From: Lepidodermella squamata
Taxonomy: Eukaryota > Animalia > Gastrotricha
Direction of reading: 5' to 3'
NCBI GenBank assembly: GCA_047495785.1
Contig: JBLDXI010000020.1
Span: forward strand, 2,418,001-2,482,000
Length of the DNA stretch: 64,000 bases
The position numbers and the translations under genes are program-made. A model generated the notes under the pieces. That model did no database searches and was not told the origin of the DNA. It was given only the letters and a program-made list of their open reading frames with translations. The first letter of the stretch is position 1; the number at the start of each line of letters is the position of its first letter. Of this stretch, positions 13,031-25,753 are shown piece by piece.

Positions 13031-16000
13031 ATGCCAGCGTTTCAGACGAAAACTATCGAAAGCATTTTGGAACCAGTTGCTCAGCAGGTATATGGTTTTT
13101 GTTATGAATTAGTGCTACTGCCGTGATGATAATTACAGCGTTTTAACGCGCGAGCCGAATCGCCCTTAATAAGCACTTTGCTTGTCGCTAAACAGCAAGT
13201 GCAATCGGTAAAAGAGCGCTTCCGCAGCGCGCGATGGCATTATTTTACGATGACTACTGACGATCAAACGCAGCATGTTGCCGTTTCGTTATATATGGGC
13301 GTACACACTTGTTTATTCAGAGCTATTGTTTGCGGCCGCTGTTGGCTTTTCTTTTGTCTCTTCCTATTTGGCTCGAAATTAAAAGACGGCGTGTTGAGAC
13401 CGGAATTTACATATAATAGTGTAATGGTGCGACCCAGCAGCAGTAGTGGCGTTGCGCATTTATTAGGCGATAGAAATAGCCCTTGCCGCTATTAAGCTGT
13501 ATTTCGCGAGTATTTTGCCACGGTTTTGTTTTTGCAGCAGCAATTTACATTGTTTCACTACGCGCTTGATGTGTGCTACCCTTCCAGAGGTGTTTTGCTT
13601 ATTTATTACATAGTCGCGCAACGGAAGATTACGTTATTCACGTATTACTTCCTCATTGGCTTCCGGCCGAGATATGGTGGAAAAGTTATCGATGATAGGC
13701 TTTTACGACACTAATCCTTCTACGGAGTTACTATTATGAGCCGAATAAACCCGCTATGTTTATGATTAATATCCGCGGCAGCTACCGTCTTATTCCATTG
13801 ATAACTTCTGTATGTGCGGTGGCACGCTAAGTGGTACTTATTTTGACAAGCTAGGCGGTAAACAAGATGTAAAGAAATTGCTATAAAACAGCAATGCACT
13901 GTATTTAATGTGATTCTTAAAGAAACAAACTCGTTATTTTAATGTAGGTGTCGAGACTTGTGGTTCTTCATGAAGAAGCCGAGAGAAGCGGCGGCGTTAT
14001 GCCGGATTTATCGTTGCACGTCGATGGCGTGCAGAGCGCGGTTGAAAATCTGGTGAAAGTCGGAATTGAAACGGTCGAAAGTAGCGATGACCAGATTTTG
14101 CGTCAAGACATGCCGGCTATGTTGCGCCGCGTCCAGGAAGCGTGTGACCAGCTCGTCGATGCTTCGACGATGCTGCGTGAAGACGCGAATTCACCCGATG
14201 CCCGTCAACTGCTGATAACTGGCTCGCGTGGCATTCTTCGATCCACCTCGTTACTGCTGATCACATTCGACGATTTTGAAGTCCGGAAGCTGGTTAAACT
14301 GTGCAAAATTGTCCTTGATTACCTGGTGGTAGTTGAAGTTCTCGACACAATGAATGATCTGGTTGAATTCGTCAAAGTGAGTGTGAAAAAATTGAGAAAA
14401 AGAAGAAAAGAATAATGAAAAATTCGGTATTTATCAATTACTTATCGTATTTATTTTGTAGAATTTGAGTCCTGTCTTGGCGCGGCTTTCTCGTGAAGTC
14501 TCTCAACGGGCGAATGATCTCACAAGTCACGAGCGAAAACAATCACTGTCGTTGCAACTCGACGTTGTACACAGCCAGATGCCCAACTTGGCTAATGCCA
14601 TCAAAACCTACATTTCCACTAGAAATCGAGGTTCTAGCATTTTGTTCTCAAGTGTCCTTGTAATTAATTCTTATATCTCCATACAGGTAATGCCGTGCAA
14701 GAGGCAATAGAGAATCGCAACGTTTTATGCAGTGCTATGACCAACGCTATCAAGGAGGTTAGTTTAGGCCCTGCTAATTTATGGAATTTTACGTGCTCCT
14801 TCTTACATCTGCAAATTTTGTTTTAGATAATGTCGATTCTACAAGCTAATCCGTTGGTGGATGACGAGGCGTGGAATTTCGAAGACCCATCGACAGCTCG
14901 TAGAATGATGCTGACCTACCACAGCCAGCAAAGAACAGCCCATGATTGGTTACTGGACACATCGGCCGTCGCCGGTTGTCTCGGCGAACGTGTTGTGCGA
15001 GACATGTTGGCTCTGGCTGAGCAATTCGCCGATCGTTACGCTACAGGCGCTATAGTCATCCTACCAGATCGACCCGACGAGGATCGAGAGGAGGGAAGAG
15101 CTGCGATTATTAAGGCGGTTCGAGACGCGCGTTCAATGATAGATGCTGTTAGTGAGCTGCGGAATCAAAACAAGGGAGCTACCCCTCAGTCGTTAGCCCT
15201 CGGTCGAAATACCGAGGACAAGCTGAAAGTCATCGGAAGAGTTATGTCTTCTGTTGTCGACTCTTTCGAAGACGCTCGACAGGGCCCGGCGCCTCGTTCT
15301 GCGAATGTCTTGACCCTGGATCAGCAGGAACGACCGACTTTATTAGTCCGGTTGGCTCGATGCCAGGATTTGCTGCAGCACCAAACCGACCCTCATTCAC
15401 TTTTCGAAGCTTCTCAACTAGCGAGAAGTGTTTCTGATGATATTTTACGCGATATCAACGCGTTGACCGGGCATCCTTCACATCAGAGTTTTGCTACATT
15501 AGCCGGGTGTAGCCAGGCGTTAGGCCAGGCTGCCAACGATTTAGCCGCATCGATCAAAACTAACTCGGTTCACTCGCCGGCGGGAATTAACGCCCAAACG
15601 TGTACAGGCTCGTTAGCTCGGCAGGTATTCAACGAATACCAGCATTTGCTGGCTCGAATGGTCGTCGACCAATTTGCGGACGCGAAAGGGCCGGCTGAAG
15701 TGTTGTTTCGTTGCGCCATGTTGGGGAATGACGTACCCGACCGAGTTCCTCGTTTCAACACCGCGGCTCGTAATTTCGCGGCTCACGCCACGCAAATTTT
15801 AACATGCGCCCGAATTCTCGGCCAATCAGCGTTCACTGAGGACAGATTGACCCTGTCGCGTTTATGGACCCTGACAAACCAGCTGACAGATTATGCCGGT
15901 CAAATGGGTCGATCGGCCGCGATTTGCTTCGACAACCCCGGCGAACGGTCTTCCGCTGAAAACCTACTTCTGATATTGAAACAGTGGAAAGAAGGCGTTG

Positions 16001-17638
16001 ATGAGTTGTGCCGATGTGTTGATGATTTGATTGACACTATCGTGTTTCTTGGGCTGTCTGAAAAGGCGTGCGAGGACGAGTTTCTGCGCGCTGAATCTAG
16101 TCTAGGCAGTGGCAATCTGGCGACAAGTTCCGCAGATTTCCTGGCCGCAGCGGCACAAATCGCGCGCTGTGCCACGCGTGTTGCCCAGGTCGCGTTTCGC
16201 GAGGCTGAGAATTGCGACGACCCAGCCTTCGTGCAGGTCGTTCAGCACGCCGCTAATGAGGTCAACACCGTTCAAGATCAAATGATGCAAACTGCCTCTT
16301 TTCTGGCTGGCACGAGCATGGCGGATGCCAGTGCTCAGACGCAATGGCGCCAGTTGACGCAGAAAGTTGTCGACCAAGTCGCTACTCTTCGACGTATTTT
16401 TGAAGAGTATGTGTCCCAATTCGGCAATACGGACGTTTTTAGCCGGGGCGAGGGATCAACAGCCGATGGTACGTATCTCTCTTCTATTTCAAATCCCTTT
16501 ACTAATTATTTTTCTTTATCTAAGATCTTGGATCGCCTCCTCCTAGACCTCCGCTGCCGCGAACCCAGGTCACATCGCCGTTTTCAGTCTCCAGCGAAAT
16601 GGAGGATGAAGCCGAGGCTGAGGCCCGCCAGTTGTTCAGAAACGGCATCGAACACGCTGCTGTCAACCCTTCAGCTAATCAAATTCACCACCCGACCCAG
16701 CCTATCCTGAAAGCTGCTTATGATTTACATCAAGAAGCCGGCCAGTGGAGCAGTCGAGACAACGATATTGTCGCTGCTGCGAAGCGGATGGCTATCCTAA
16801 TGGCGAAATTGAGCCAGCTCGTGAGGTAAATAGTCTTAATTTCTGAAATTACATAGGTTGTTTACGAAATTTTCGCAGAACGGATGGCGGCTCGAGATGC
16901 GACCTCATCGCTATCGCGAAAGCGATCGCTGAGCAGTCGCTTGTGGTAACCAGATTGGCGACAGATCTAGCAGCTCACTGCACTGATAAACGCATCAGAA
17001 CCATGCTGCTTCACGCGTGCGAGAGATTGCCTACGATTGGCAACCAGCTGAAAATTCTAGCGACTGTCAAAGCTACGATGATTGGTCAAAATGGTAAATT
17101 TTACAGCCGAGTTGATAGGATTTCGAATTTAGGGTTTATGTTCTGGTAATAAATGTTGTTTGAATTAGCCCAAGCTTATAGAAAAAGAACTTCGTCCTCT
17201 TATGAGCGGTCTCAGGAAGAAGATGAAAGTGAACTCACTGCCGGTAATCACGCGACCTGATTTCCCGCGTGATTGAAACCCGCTACCATAAAAATAAGAA
17301 ATAAATGTGGCGAGAATAACCTATTAACATTTTTGGCATTTCAGCTTGTCTTTTCATTTATCTCTTCAACTTTGATTTCATTCTTTCTTTTTTTTACAGT
17401 TACCGAGGAAGATCAAGAGGCGACTGAAATGTTGGTTGGAAACGCCCAAAATCTGATGACCAGCGTCCGTTACACAGGTTAACCTGAGCCACCTTGTAAA
17501 ATCGAGATGAGTAATGTCATTTTATTCGTTGTAGTTCGGTGTGCCGAAGCTGCTTCGATTCGCATTCGCGTTGACTCTGGAATGCGAGTTAGGTGGGTAC
17601 GACGCCGACCTCTGGCGATGTTCAACAACACGAATTGA
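13031..17638 (+). CDS. VCL: Vinculin (multi-exon; exon 1 is 13031-13087, followed by an 860-nt first intron)
   Basis: N-terminus [19 protein letters not shown]|[10 protein letters not shown]. Tail reads [32 protein letters not shown]...CTDKRIR...[20 protein letters not shown]...[18 protein letters not shown]...[21 protein letters not shown]. Confidence 0.95.
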
Positions 17639-18497
17639 TTACCCGATTGTGATGGCACCTGAAATGACTAATAATAAGAGGTCGATTCTATTTTGTTATA
17701 TTTTGGTATTGCTACTAGTTTGATTTACATATGATTTCAATCGACGCTGCATTGTAGCCTCAACTGCCATGATGCTTTAAAATACTTATTATTCATATTC
17801 GGAGATATTTGAATGTTTTATCCTCGCGTTACCCGAATAGCTTCGACGTTAAGGTTCGAGAGAGTTGTTCCGTGCTACTTCTCACCCGTGTTGTTCAGAT
17901 GTGCAATTCAGACGTTTATGTATGGATATGTAAGAATGATCTTGAAAAATCATGCTAATAACATATTTGCCCATTGGACTCCCATGCCTTTCGAACTGAT
18001 TTCAGCTTGTTGTATGTTACATATGCTATCCAATGGTGCTTCTATTTGATCTGTCTTCGGTATGATGAAAGCTTTGATGTATTCAGATGTTATAATTTCC
18101 ATCTACGCATTCTAAGCATCACCTCCTTGCGCCGAAATTATATTGTGAATGGTCGTCTACTGCTAATCAGGTACGCCATACTAATATCATTGTGCAACTA
18201 TATTCTACGCTTTACCTTGGCCGGCAACAATCACCGTGATTTTTCCAAGTTGCTCCTGGCCGATGATACTTAATATTTTACCTTATTTTACTTGTTGCTG
18301 CTGAAATTCACGCAAGTCACGATATATTATATTGCATCTTATTGTTACCTTCGTAACGAAACCAAAGTTTTTCTATGCTGTCTATCCTTGGTCGTCTACG
18401 CGCTATTTCAAAATAAAAGTCATCACATCAATACAGCATTTTTATTTCAATTCAAGGCACAAAATCAGTCGGCACATTTTTGCTGCAGCGGATAGTG

Positions 18498-19736
18498 CTA
18501 ATTTTTGTTAACCAAGCTCAAAAGTCTGTCAACTTTCCGATCACGTGGAGCATGAAGAATTGGATTCCAGCCATCAAGTCGAGGAAGGGCGGAAACACTT
18601 TGCTTTATCCAGGATGAGGTGCACTCTGAAGTTTTCGGTTGAATACGTTCCGATATTTTCGGTTCAAATGCTATTTCGTCAAAAACAATTGGACTGATCA
18701 GAGCTGTCGAATTTCCGGGTAGTATTGCAAAGAAGCAGTCTGCATTATCAGTCATTTCGGTCTTCTCTGCAATAAGAAACTCCTTTCGAGAGAGCAATGA
18801 AGAACATAATACTTCAAATCTATTTGAGTTATTTGCGAGTTCGTTCCATTCCAGTCTCCAGCAAGCCGTTGGGCAAAGTTTCATCGGAACTCCATACAAC
18901 AAGGCTGGCGAAAACCTTGAGAGTGGCACTCGATAGACAGAATTCAAGTTGTAAACCGATTTTTTAGCCTCTTTTGTGGCAGATGAAACAAGGTCTTCCG
19001 GATTTAGCATGATTTCAATAATGTCACACGCAATCGGCTCATTGCCGAAGCCCGGAACAGTCAAACGCACAGGTGGACATTCGACGGATTTATCTGTGAG
19101 CCATTGCCTGCACACGCCGTCAATAACAAAGGATTTGTTCAAAACGTAGTGAAACGAGACCGGCATGGCCAAGTTTTCCGCAAAAGAATAAAATATAGGC
19201 GGCTCAGCGTTGGCCTTATCAGATTGATTGTACAGATGAAAAAACTTGATCCGCTCGAAAATGTCAGAGAACTTATCTTCCGAAGACGAAATACATTTGA
19301 TCACCGTGGAAAGGAACCCTTCATTGTTATACCAAATGTTGAGCTCAGGCTTCTTCAGATTTCTAGATTTCACGCATTCACTGATAGGAACAGAAAAATC
19401 TTCGAAAAAAGACGATAACCCTTCAAGATCAGGTAATGCTAGCTTGGTTTTACAGGTTGCCAATGTACTAAAGCAGTCAATGAGGTCTGCAAACGCCGCA
19501 CTTGCCAATTGATAATCAAATAAAATGTGGAAGCCCAGTCCAGTCCATATTGCGATGCTGAAATAAGGAATTCTCGGCAAAGCGGAGTTGGACAGATGAT
19601 TCAATCGCATTACGGCTTTCATGGAATCAGCAATGTCTTCGATCGCGTTTCTCGAAAAGGATGTCAAGTCCATGAAAACGCATTGATTAGGTTGAGAATG
19701 AAACGGAATATATGAATCAGCATCCATCAAAAGCAT
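18498..19736 (-). CDS. M1AP: Meiosis 1 arrest protein homolog (intronless ORF)
   Basis: LYGVPMKLCPTACWRLEWNELANNSNRFEVLCSSLLSRKEFLI matches the M1AP block YGLP..L.PT.CW.L.W.EL..N...F..LC.SL. The N-terminal QP...PRIPYFS region also fits. Confidence 0.8.
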   Translation of the reverse strand: MLLMDADSYIPFHSQPNQCVFMDLTSFSRNAIEDIADSMKAVMRLNHLSNSALPRIPYFSIAIWTGLGFHILFDYQLASAAFADLIDCFSTLATCKTKLALPDLEGLSSFFEDFSVPISECVKSRNLKKPELNIWYNNEGFLSTVIKCISSSEDKFSDIFERIKFFHLYNQSDKANAEPPIFYSFAENLAMPVSFHYVLNKSFVIDGVCRQWLTDKSVECPPVRLTVPGFGNEPIACDIIEIMLNPEDLVSSATKEAKKSVYNLNSVYRVPLSRFSPALLYGVPMKLCPTACWRLEWNELANNSNRFEVLCSSLLSRKEFLIAEKTEMTDNADCFFAILPGNSTALISPIVFDEIAFEPKISERIQPKTSECTSSWIKQSVSALPRLDGWNPILHAPRDRKVDRLLSLVNKN

Positions 19737-20974
19737 TTGAGGCAGCGAGACAACAGAACCGAACCTTTAGAACTTGAAGACTTCGGAAGAACAGGTGAGC
19801 GCAGTTATTTGAATTTCGAATTTTGAAAATACCGCCAGCTTAGGATGTTCACATTTAATAATATTGTAACGAGAAATTATAATTTATTGATCTTTCTTGA
19901 TACGTTTATTTGAAGACATGTTATTTTTTATATTTCGCGCGGATAATCCAAGGTAGAGGGTGTCAACGACCTGACTGAAGGGGCTGACGTGAGGCTGAAT
20001 CGGCCAAAAATCTTCGAAATCTGAATGCCCGTTGCTGATGCACCGTTTGCTGCTGAGCCGCTCAGTTTAAACTTTGAACTTTGTTTAAAGTTTTCACAAT
20101 CAGTCGTTATTCGTCATCCCCTTGATGAAGTGGACTCTCTTCCACTTTTTCAGGTTCCGAGTTCCGATTGAAGTTCAAGTTCCACCTTGAAGCATCGCTG
20201 ATTTGTCCACTTTTTTACTCGCACGTTAAGTGTGATTATTGATAATGTTCAATTTTAAACCTTCAAAGATGTGTGTATAAATGGGTTGGATTCACACTAG
20301 GGAAGTCGTCTATTCTGATTGAAACGCCGAAATAATCCCTTGCTCTGCTGGCGGCAGGCTGCTCACTCACGGGTTGAAAGTTGAAACATACTATATCTAG
20401 ATGGGATTTTCTCCTGGATTAATCCTTCGAATGTTCGACTGCTGTCCAATGTCCCCGCATTTGATTTACTTATCTGGTTACTTCGGATCGAGGACCTCTC
20501 TTCCACTGGAATAATAGATACTGAATTTTACATTCATGCAAATTATAATGTAGTCACTTTCAAATTGAAGTGGTAGGAATCAGGAACCATTGTTTTACAT
20601 AGTTATATTATCGAGGGGTCGTTAACAATCATAGACGTTAGGTGGTCAGATTCCAATTTCGCTTCGTGATACGTGGTTTTCTTCGTGGTCTGCTCCATGA
20701 GGTTACCGCTCTCCCGCCGAAGGTTCAAGTTATCGAAACAGTATCAAGTCTAGAGCCCGTTGTTACTCTGGTTTTTATTTAAAGATTTCTTTTTAAATAT
20801 GCCTTGTTATAGAATTGGGGCATGTGCAATGTCCGGTAAATTCTTAAATGGTGATTTTTATCACCACAGCCTCATTGTATACTCATTTCAGTAAAGTGTT
20901 CCCATAATTTCTTGTTAACATTTCCCGTTACCATGTATTACTCAATTTCTCTTTATAGCTTATTAATTCACAAA

Positions 20975-21569
20975 ATGCCGAACATCAAGCTTCAGAGCGC
21001 CGATGGAGACGTTATTTCTGTTGATCGAGACGTCGCTCGGTTGTCCGTTACCATTAAGACCATGCTAGAAGGTATAAAATTCGAATGTGCTTTCGATGAA
21101 TGTTTATTTCGTTTTTAATTTGCTCAAGATCTCCACGTTGCTGAAGAAGACGACGAACCTGTACCTCTCCAAAATGTCAATTCGGCCACCTTGAAAAAGG
21201 TTATCCAGTGGTGCACCTATCACAAGGACGACCCACCCATGCCCGAGGATGATCTGAACAAAGAAAAGCGTACTGACGATATTCCTTCGTGGGATCAAGA
21301 GTTTCTCAAAGTCGATCAAGGCACTTTGTTCGAGTTGATTTTGGTAAAGTTACTTCAGAACTTCGCCTTCAGTTTATAACTGTTATATTTAGGCTGCTAA
21401 CTACCTGGATATCAAGGGTCTTCTGGACGTTTGCTGCAAAACCGTCGCCAACATGATCAAGGGTAAAACTCCGGAGGAAATCCGCAAAACCTTCAACATC
21501 AAGAACGATTTCACGCCTCAAGAAGAAGAACAGATTCGAAAGGAAAACGAGTGGTGTGAAGAAAAATAG
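20975..21569 (+). CDS. SKP1: SKP1, SCF ubiquitin ligase adaptor (3 coding exons)
   Basis: [11 protein letters not shown]...SVTIKTMLE|DL...[25 protein letters not shown]...[18 protein letters not shown]|[40 protein letters not shown]...ENEWCEEK*. Confidence 0.97.
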
Positions 21570-22103
21570 ACACGTACTCATCTGGTCAGCTTGAAAGAGC
21601 GTCCTCTTCATGGCATGCGTGTTCGTGTGATAACTATAAAACTATCTATTGAATCTGACTTAGCCTAACATGATTTTGCGCAATTGTAACTTTGGAACAG
21701 CGACTTCCGATCGCCGTTTACAAATACTGAGCTGAGCCCTGCATCAGCTCTGATCGATTTCAAACACATTTTTTCAGAGTAAATATAGCAACCGAAGTTC
21801 GTGCCCAGCCATTTATTTTAGTTCGTTCATCCTAATTTTTCAACGCCCGAGTCGCTTTTTCTGTGTTAAATGTGTTATTAAATGACAAATATTCACTAGT
21901 TTTCGCTGTTATGACTTCGAATACCGGTCAACCGCGATCTGGGCGATGTCATGAGTAGGCCTTTGTATATTGCTTGCTTCAAAAAGCGTATCGTTTTCTG
22001 ATGCACTCGAACGAAACAGAAATGAATTAAAATAAAAATAAAATAAGACAAACTTGTTTTTATTTTTCGGAAATCAGTAAAAAATGGAACAATTGAGCAT
22101 AAT

Positions 22104-23487
22104 CTAAAGCAGTTCCTCTTGGGTATCATTTTCAGGTAGTGACCACAACTCCAAACGGGAATACTTTTTCGATAAACGGAATGGATTCAGTGCCTGCAAA
22201 CGTTGAGCGTAGGGCAATCCGATCTTGAGAGGGTCAGTTTCAAGAGACTCCGCATCATTCGGATCAATGACGGCTTCTTCATCTGACTTTTCGACAGGCT
22301 CATCTTCCAAGGACGATAAATCAGTCCACTGATCTCCGTCATTTCTTCCAGGTTCAGCATCTACGTCGCCTGACTTTTTCATTTTCAAACCAGGGGGTAA
22401 ATTAGGACCGGCTCCTTCATCGAATTGAAGCGGAGGATTCCTCATCAATGCATTCATTTGCTAAAAAAAACATTGAAACTATGTATTATTCAATTTTCGA
22501 GCTCATAAGAACAACCTTATCGGTGAATTGCAGCAAATCACATTGATCCTCGCGTGCCAATGCCAGGCCGATGCGTCGCTCGGTAACCTTCATTTTTGCA
22601 GATCGGTTCGGCTTATCGTGAGGGGGTCGAGGAGCCGTGAGCAGCCGATGTTTTCGTTGAAGCAATTCGAGCGGTGGGACGTTTTTCGATGCGCGACAAT
22701 TCGCTGATTGCTGAACCTAAAATCAAGAAAGCCAGCCTAATTTTCAAATTATGGGAGTATTTACGAAAACTACCTGCTCCATGAGGTCAAGAATGATCAA
22801 GGCATCGATAGGCCTTAGAGATTTTGGTTGTTCGGGTATGCCCAACACCAATGCAGCCAGCCAGTTGTAAATCGCGCCGTAATTAGGCTCGTCCGGTGGC
22901 ATTTCCCCGTTTTCATCATATCGAGGTAAGGACGGCTCTTCATATCGGCCGATGATACCCAGAGCCAAACTGAACGCCCGTCGCATCCATCGACCATCAT
23001 TGCCGGCCAACTCATCCATAAGCGACAGCCAAAATTCGATCGGAGACGAAGGCTTATCAAACTCGAACATGCCTCTAACAACACTGTATTTCTGATCGTT
23101 ACGACGGCAACAAAAATCCAAGTATTGCTTGATTTCTTCGGCGGTTTTTCCCGGCAGCAATTCGGTCAGCTGATTCGGATCATCGATACCACCCGTCAAT
23201 TTGACAGCTTCGTAGACAATTTTCAGTTCTTCAAGCGACCAATGTTGACGCAACTCGTGTTGAGACATTGACTTGTAGTCAAGTTTGGCAGGAGCGGGGG
23301 GCTTTCTTTTTCGAAATGAACGACGAGGCCGCGAGGGCCCGGCACTGGTAGACGGGACGTCTTCTTGAGCCGTCTCTTCATTCTGATCACTTTCACTATC
23401 TTCCACTGCAATTTCCATAGCACTATCCTGTTCTTCCTGCGACCCCTCTCCGTCTTTTGAGCTGGATATCCGCTTTTTTGGTGGCAT
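22104..23487 (-). CDS. SNAPC2: snRNA-activating protein complex subunit 2 (SNAP45)-like, 3 exons
   Basis: Starts MPPKKR and has a SANT-like segment WSLEE...LPGKTAEEIKQYL. This is followed by PIEFWL.LM, AFSLAL.I, NY..IYNWL, L.PIDA.IILDLM and a C-terminal LNPF, the SNAPC2 motif order. Confidence 0.7.
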
Positions 23488-24553
23488 ATTTTCTTGTGAT
23501 ATAAATTCTATTTAAAACACGCAAAATTCGAATCATTCACTTTTAATTTGATGCAAAAGCTGGATTATCGCGTTCACAATCGATTTAATATAATTTATCA
23601 TATATATATCAATTTTTGAATATAAAAGGACCAAGAGGTCTTGGTAAATTCCAACGAAGTGACGGTCGAAAAATTTGGAGCAAGGTTTTTTTCAATGGTT
23701 GATGTTTTTGCAATGCGCTCTTGCGTAGGTACAATCAAACACAAACGTCGCAAGATTGACAAAAGCAAGCGTGATGAATATAACGCGAAAAAAATAGCAT
23801 TAGCAGCAGCAAAAAAAATTGTTTACATAGAAGTATTTCGATTCAAGCTCCGAATAAGAAATATAGCCAGTAAATCAAGTTAATTTTCTCAATATTTACA
23901 TCGTGAGCACAAACGCCATAAAATCTAAAAAATATATATCAGGATTGGTTTGTCGATATGAAAATTAGGCACAAATTTACATATGATTTCGTTGATTACT
24001 TCCAGAACTGCTTTCAACTAATGAGCTCGATGTGAATTTGCACTTCTCAACAGTCCGGCAGCATTTTTTTCAATTAAAAATAGACCAATCAAAGACAAAC
24101 AGCAGTTAACAGACAAATCAACACGGAAGGCATCAGTTTGTTATTGTTATTTATAGCGCGATGGAATGAAGAAAGGTCAAGAAAGCGAAAATGATTAATC
24201 TTTCCGATTTCTCAAGTATTAGTCAAGATAAGAGCTTGAAAGTCGTGACATATATCTACATTTACACAGTATTTAGTTGTTCACACGGTAAATTTGTTGC
24301 TTAGATGGTAGAAATAAGAATATTAATAATAATATCCATTTTCACTAATCAAAAAAATCGAAGTCCCAATAGAGCATCACCAAGTGTGTGAATTGTGATT
24401 GAATCACTGAGATGCATCAAAAAGTTGAAGTTACGCTCGACACAAAAGTTCGCTGAATTCATTTCAACTATATAAAAGACTAGTGGGCTAAGAAGGCCTC
24501 CAAATCTGCAACAACACGAGGGTAAAACAAGCCATTTCTCGCCCACTTTTGAC

Positions 24554-25555
24554 TCAATGTTGATTGGCATTGTGCGATTCTTCATCGTAAGACGCATCTG
24601 AGTCTTCTGATGAGTCTTGGTCGTAGGCTAGAAAATTTATTTTTATTAAATTTTATGATTATTTTATTGTCAATTTCAGCTACCTGGCAAATCCTGCCGT
24701 GAAACCGGGGTATTACCCAACTGTTGAAAGCAGGTATCGCAAACACGCAAGGGTTGCGCAGATTGGTTTGGAAGCATCGTCGTGTTACTAGAGCAAGAAT
24801 TGCATACAACAAAACCGCACCGGCGACCTTAATAAAAAACAACCGCCCATTCAAAAGTAAATAGAATTAAAGTTGACATTTATATTTACAATGATGCCGT
24901 CTGTTTAGCATATTGAATCGTTTCCCGCATCTCATACAAACTGAGGTATAGTAGTCGGGTACCCAAATAGGCGACTCGGCAATATTTTGACTCGGCGATG
25001 TGCCGCCTTAATAGAGAAAAAGCGCGTTATTACATATGTACGTGAAAAGGCAGCGCAGTAATGACTAACGCTTCTCGTGAAGATATTCGCACAAACATTT
25101 CATGTACTTAAGCCACTCTTCTTTCTCGACAGCGGTAGCAGCCATGACAATGAAAGATTTCGAGGGGCTAGCAATTTCCCACGCATGCTTTTTATCTGCA
25201 AAACACGTTGGTTTGCTAAAACGGCTGATTAAACAATTAAAATTGTCTTACCGTCTTCGTCAGGCAGCGATCTTACACTGACATCTTCGAGGTTGAGAAT
25301 ATGCTGGCCGACGTATTTTTTGTTCGCGACAATGACAGTGCCATAGACTAAAATGTCGCTGAATAGAAAGAAAACGCGCTTTTTCGGCTTTTTACGGCAA
25401 ACTTTAGTCAGTTCGCCCTCGCCAACAAGCGCTCGGCCGGGTATCAGCAACGGCTGCCCGTTTTGGCCAAAAGATTGCTCGATCCTTTGAATACGCTTCT
25501 TATTTTCAGCAGAATTCGCCAAAGCTTCAACTTGAAGCAAAGGAGACGTATTCAT
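24554..25555 (-). CDS. PLEKHF2: PH + FYVE domain protein (Phafin/PLEKHF), 5 exons
   Basis: PH domain LANSAENKKRI...GQPLLIPGRALVGEGELTKVCRKKPK.RVFFLFSDILVYG. FYVE domain WVPD...CMRC...RRHH|CRRCGFVVCNSCS...LRVCDTCF. Acidic tail DSSEDSD. Confidence 0.9.
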
Positions 25556-25753
25556 TGCGAATTAAAGCAACTAAAATCAAACAAATTGATTAATGATTAT
25601 CATGGTCTTTATCAACTTCTTCAAACAATCAGAACAAAATACAATTGATGGCAGCCGGTAACCTCGAAAGAATCACAAATATTCACGTATACAATAATTT
25701 GCACGACCATTTTAAAATGGAAAGTTTTTAAACAAGATCAAGAGATGATTGCT

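Noticed and set aside
20108-20390. Minus-strand SRWNLNF peptide reminiscent of Cip/Kip inhibitors
   Set aside because: There is no RxLFG motif and I could not build an intact spliced ORF.
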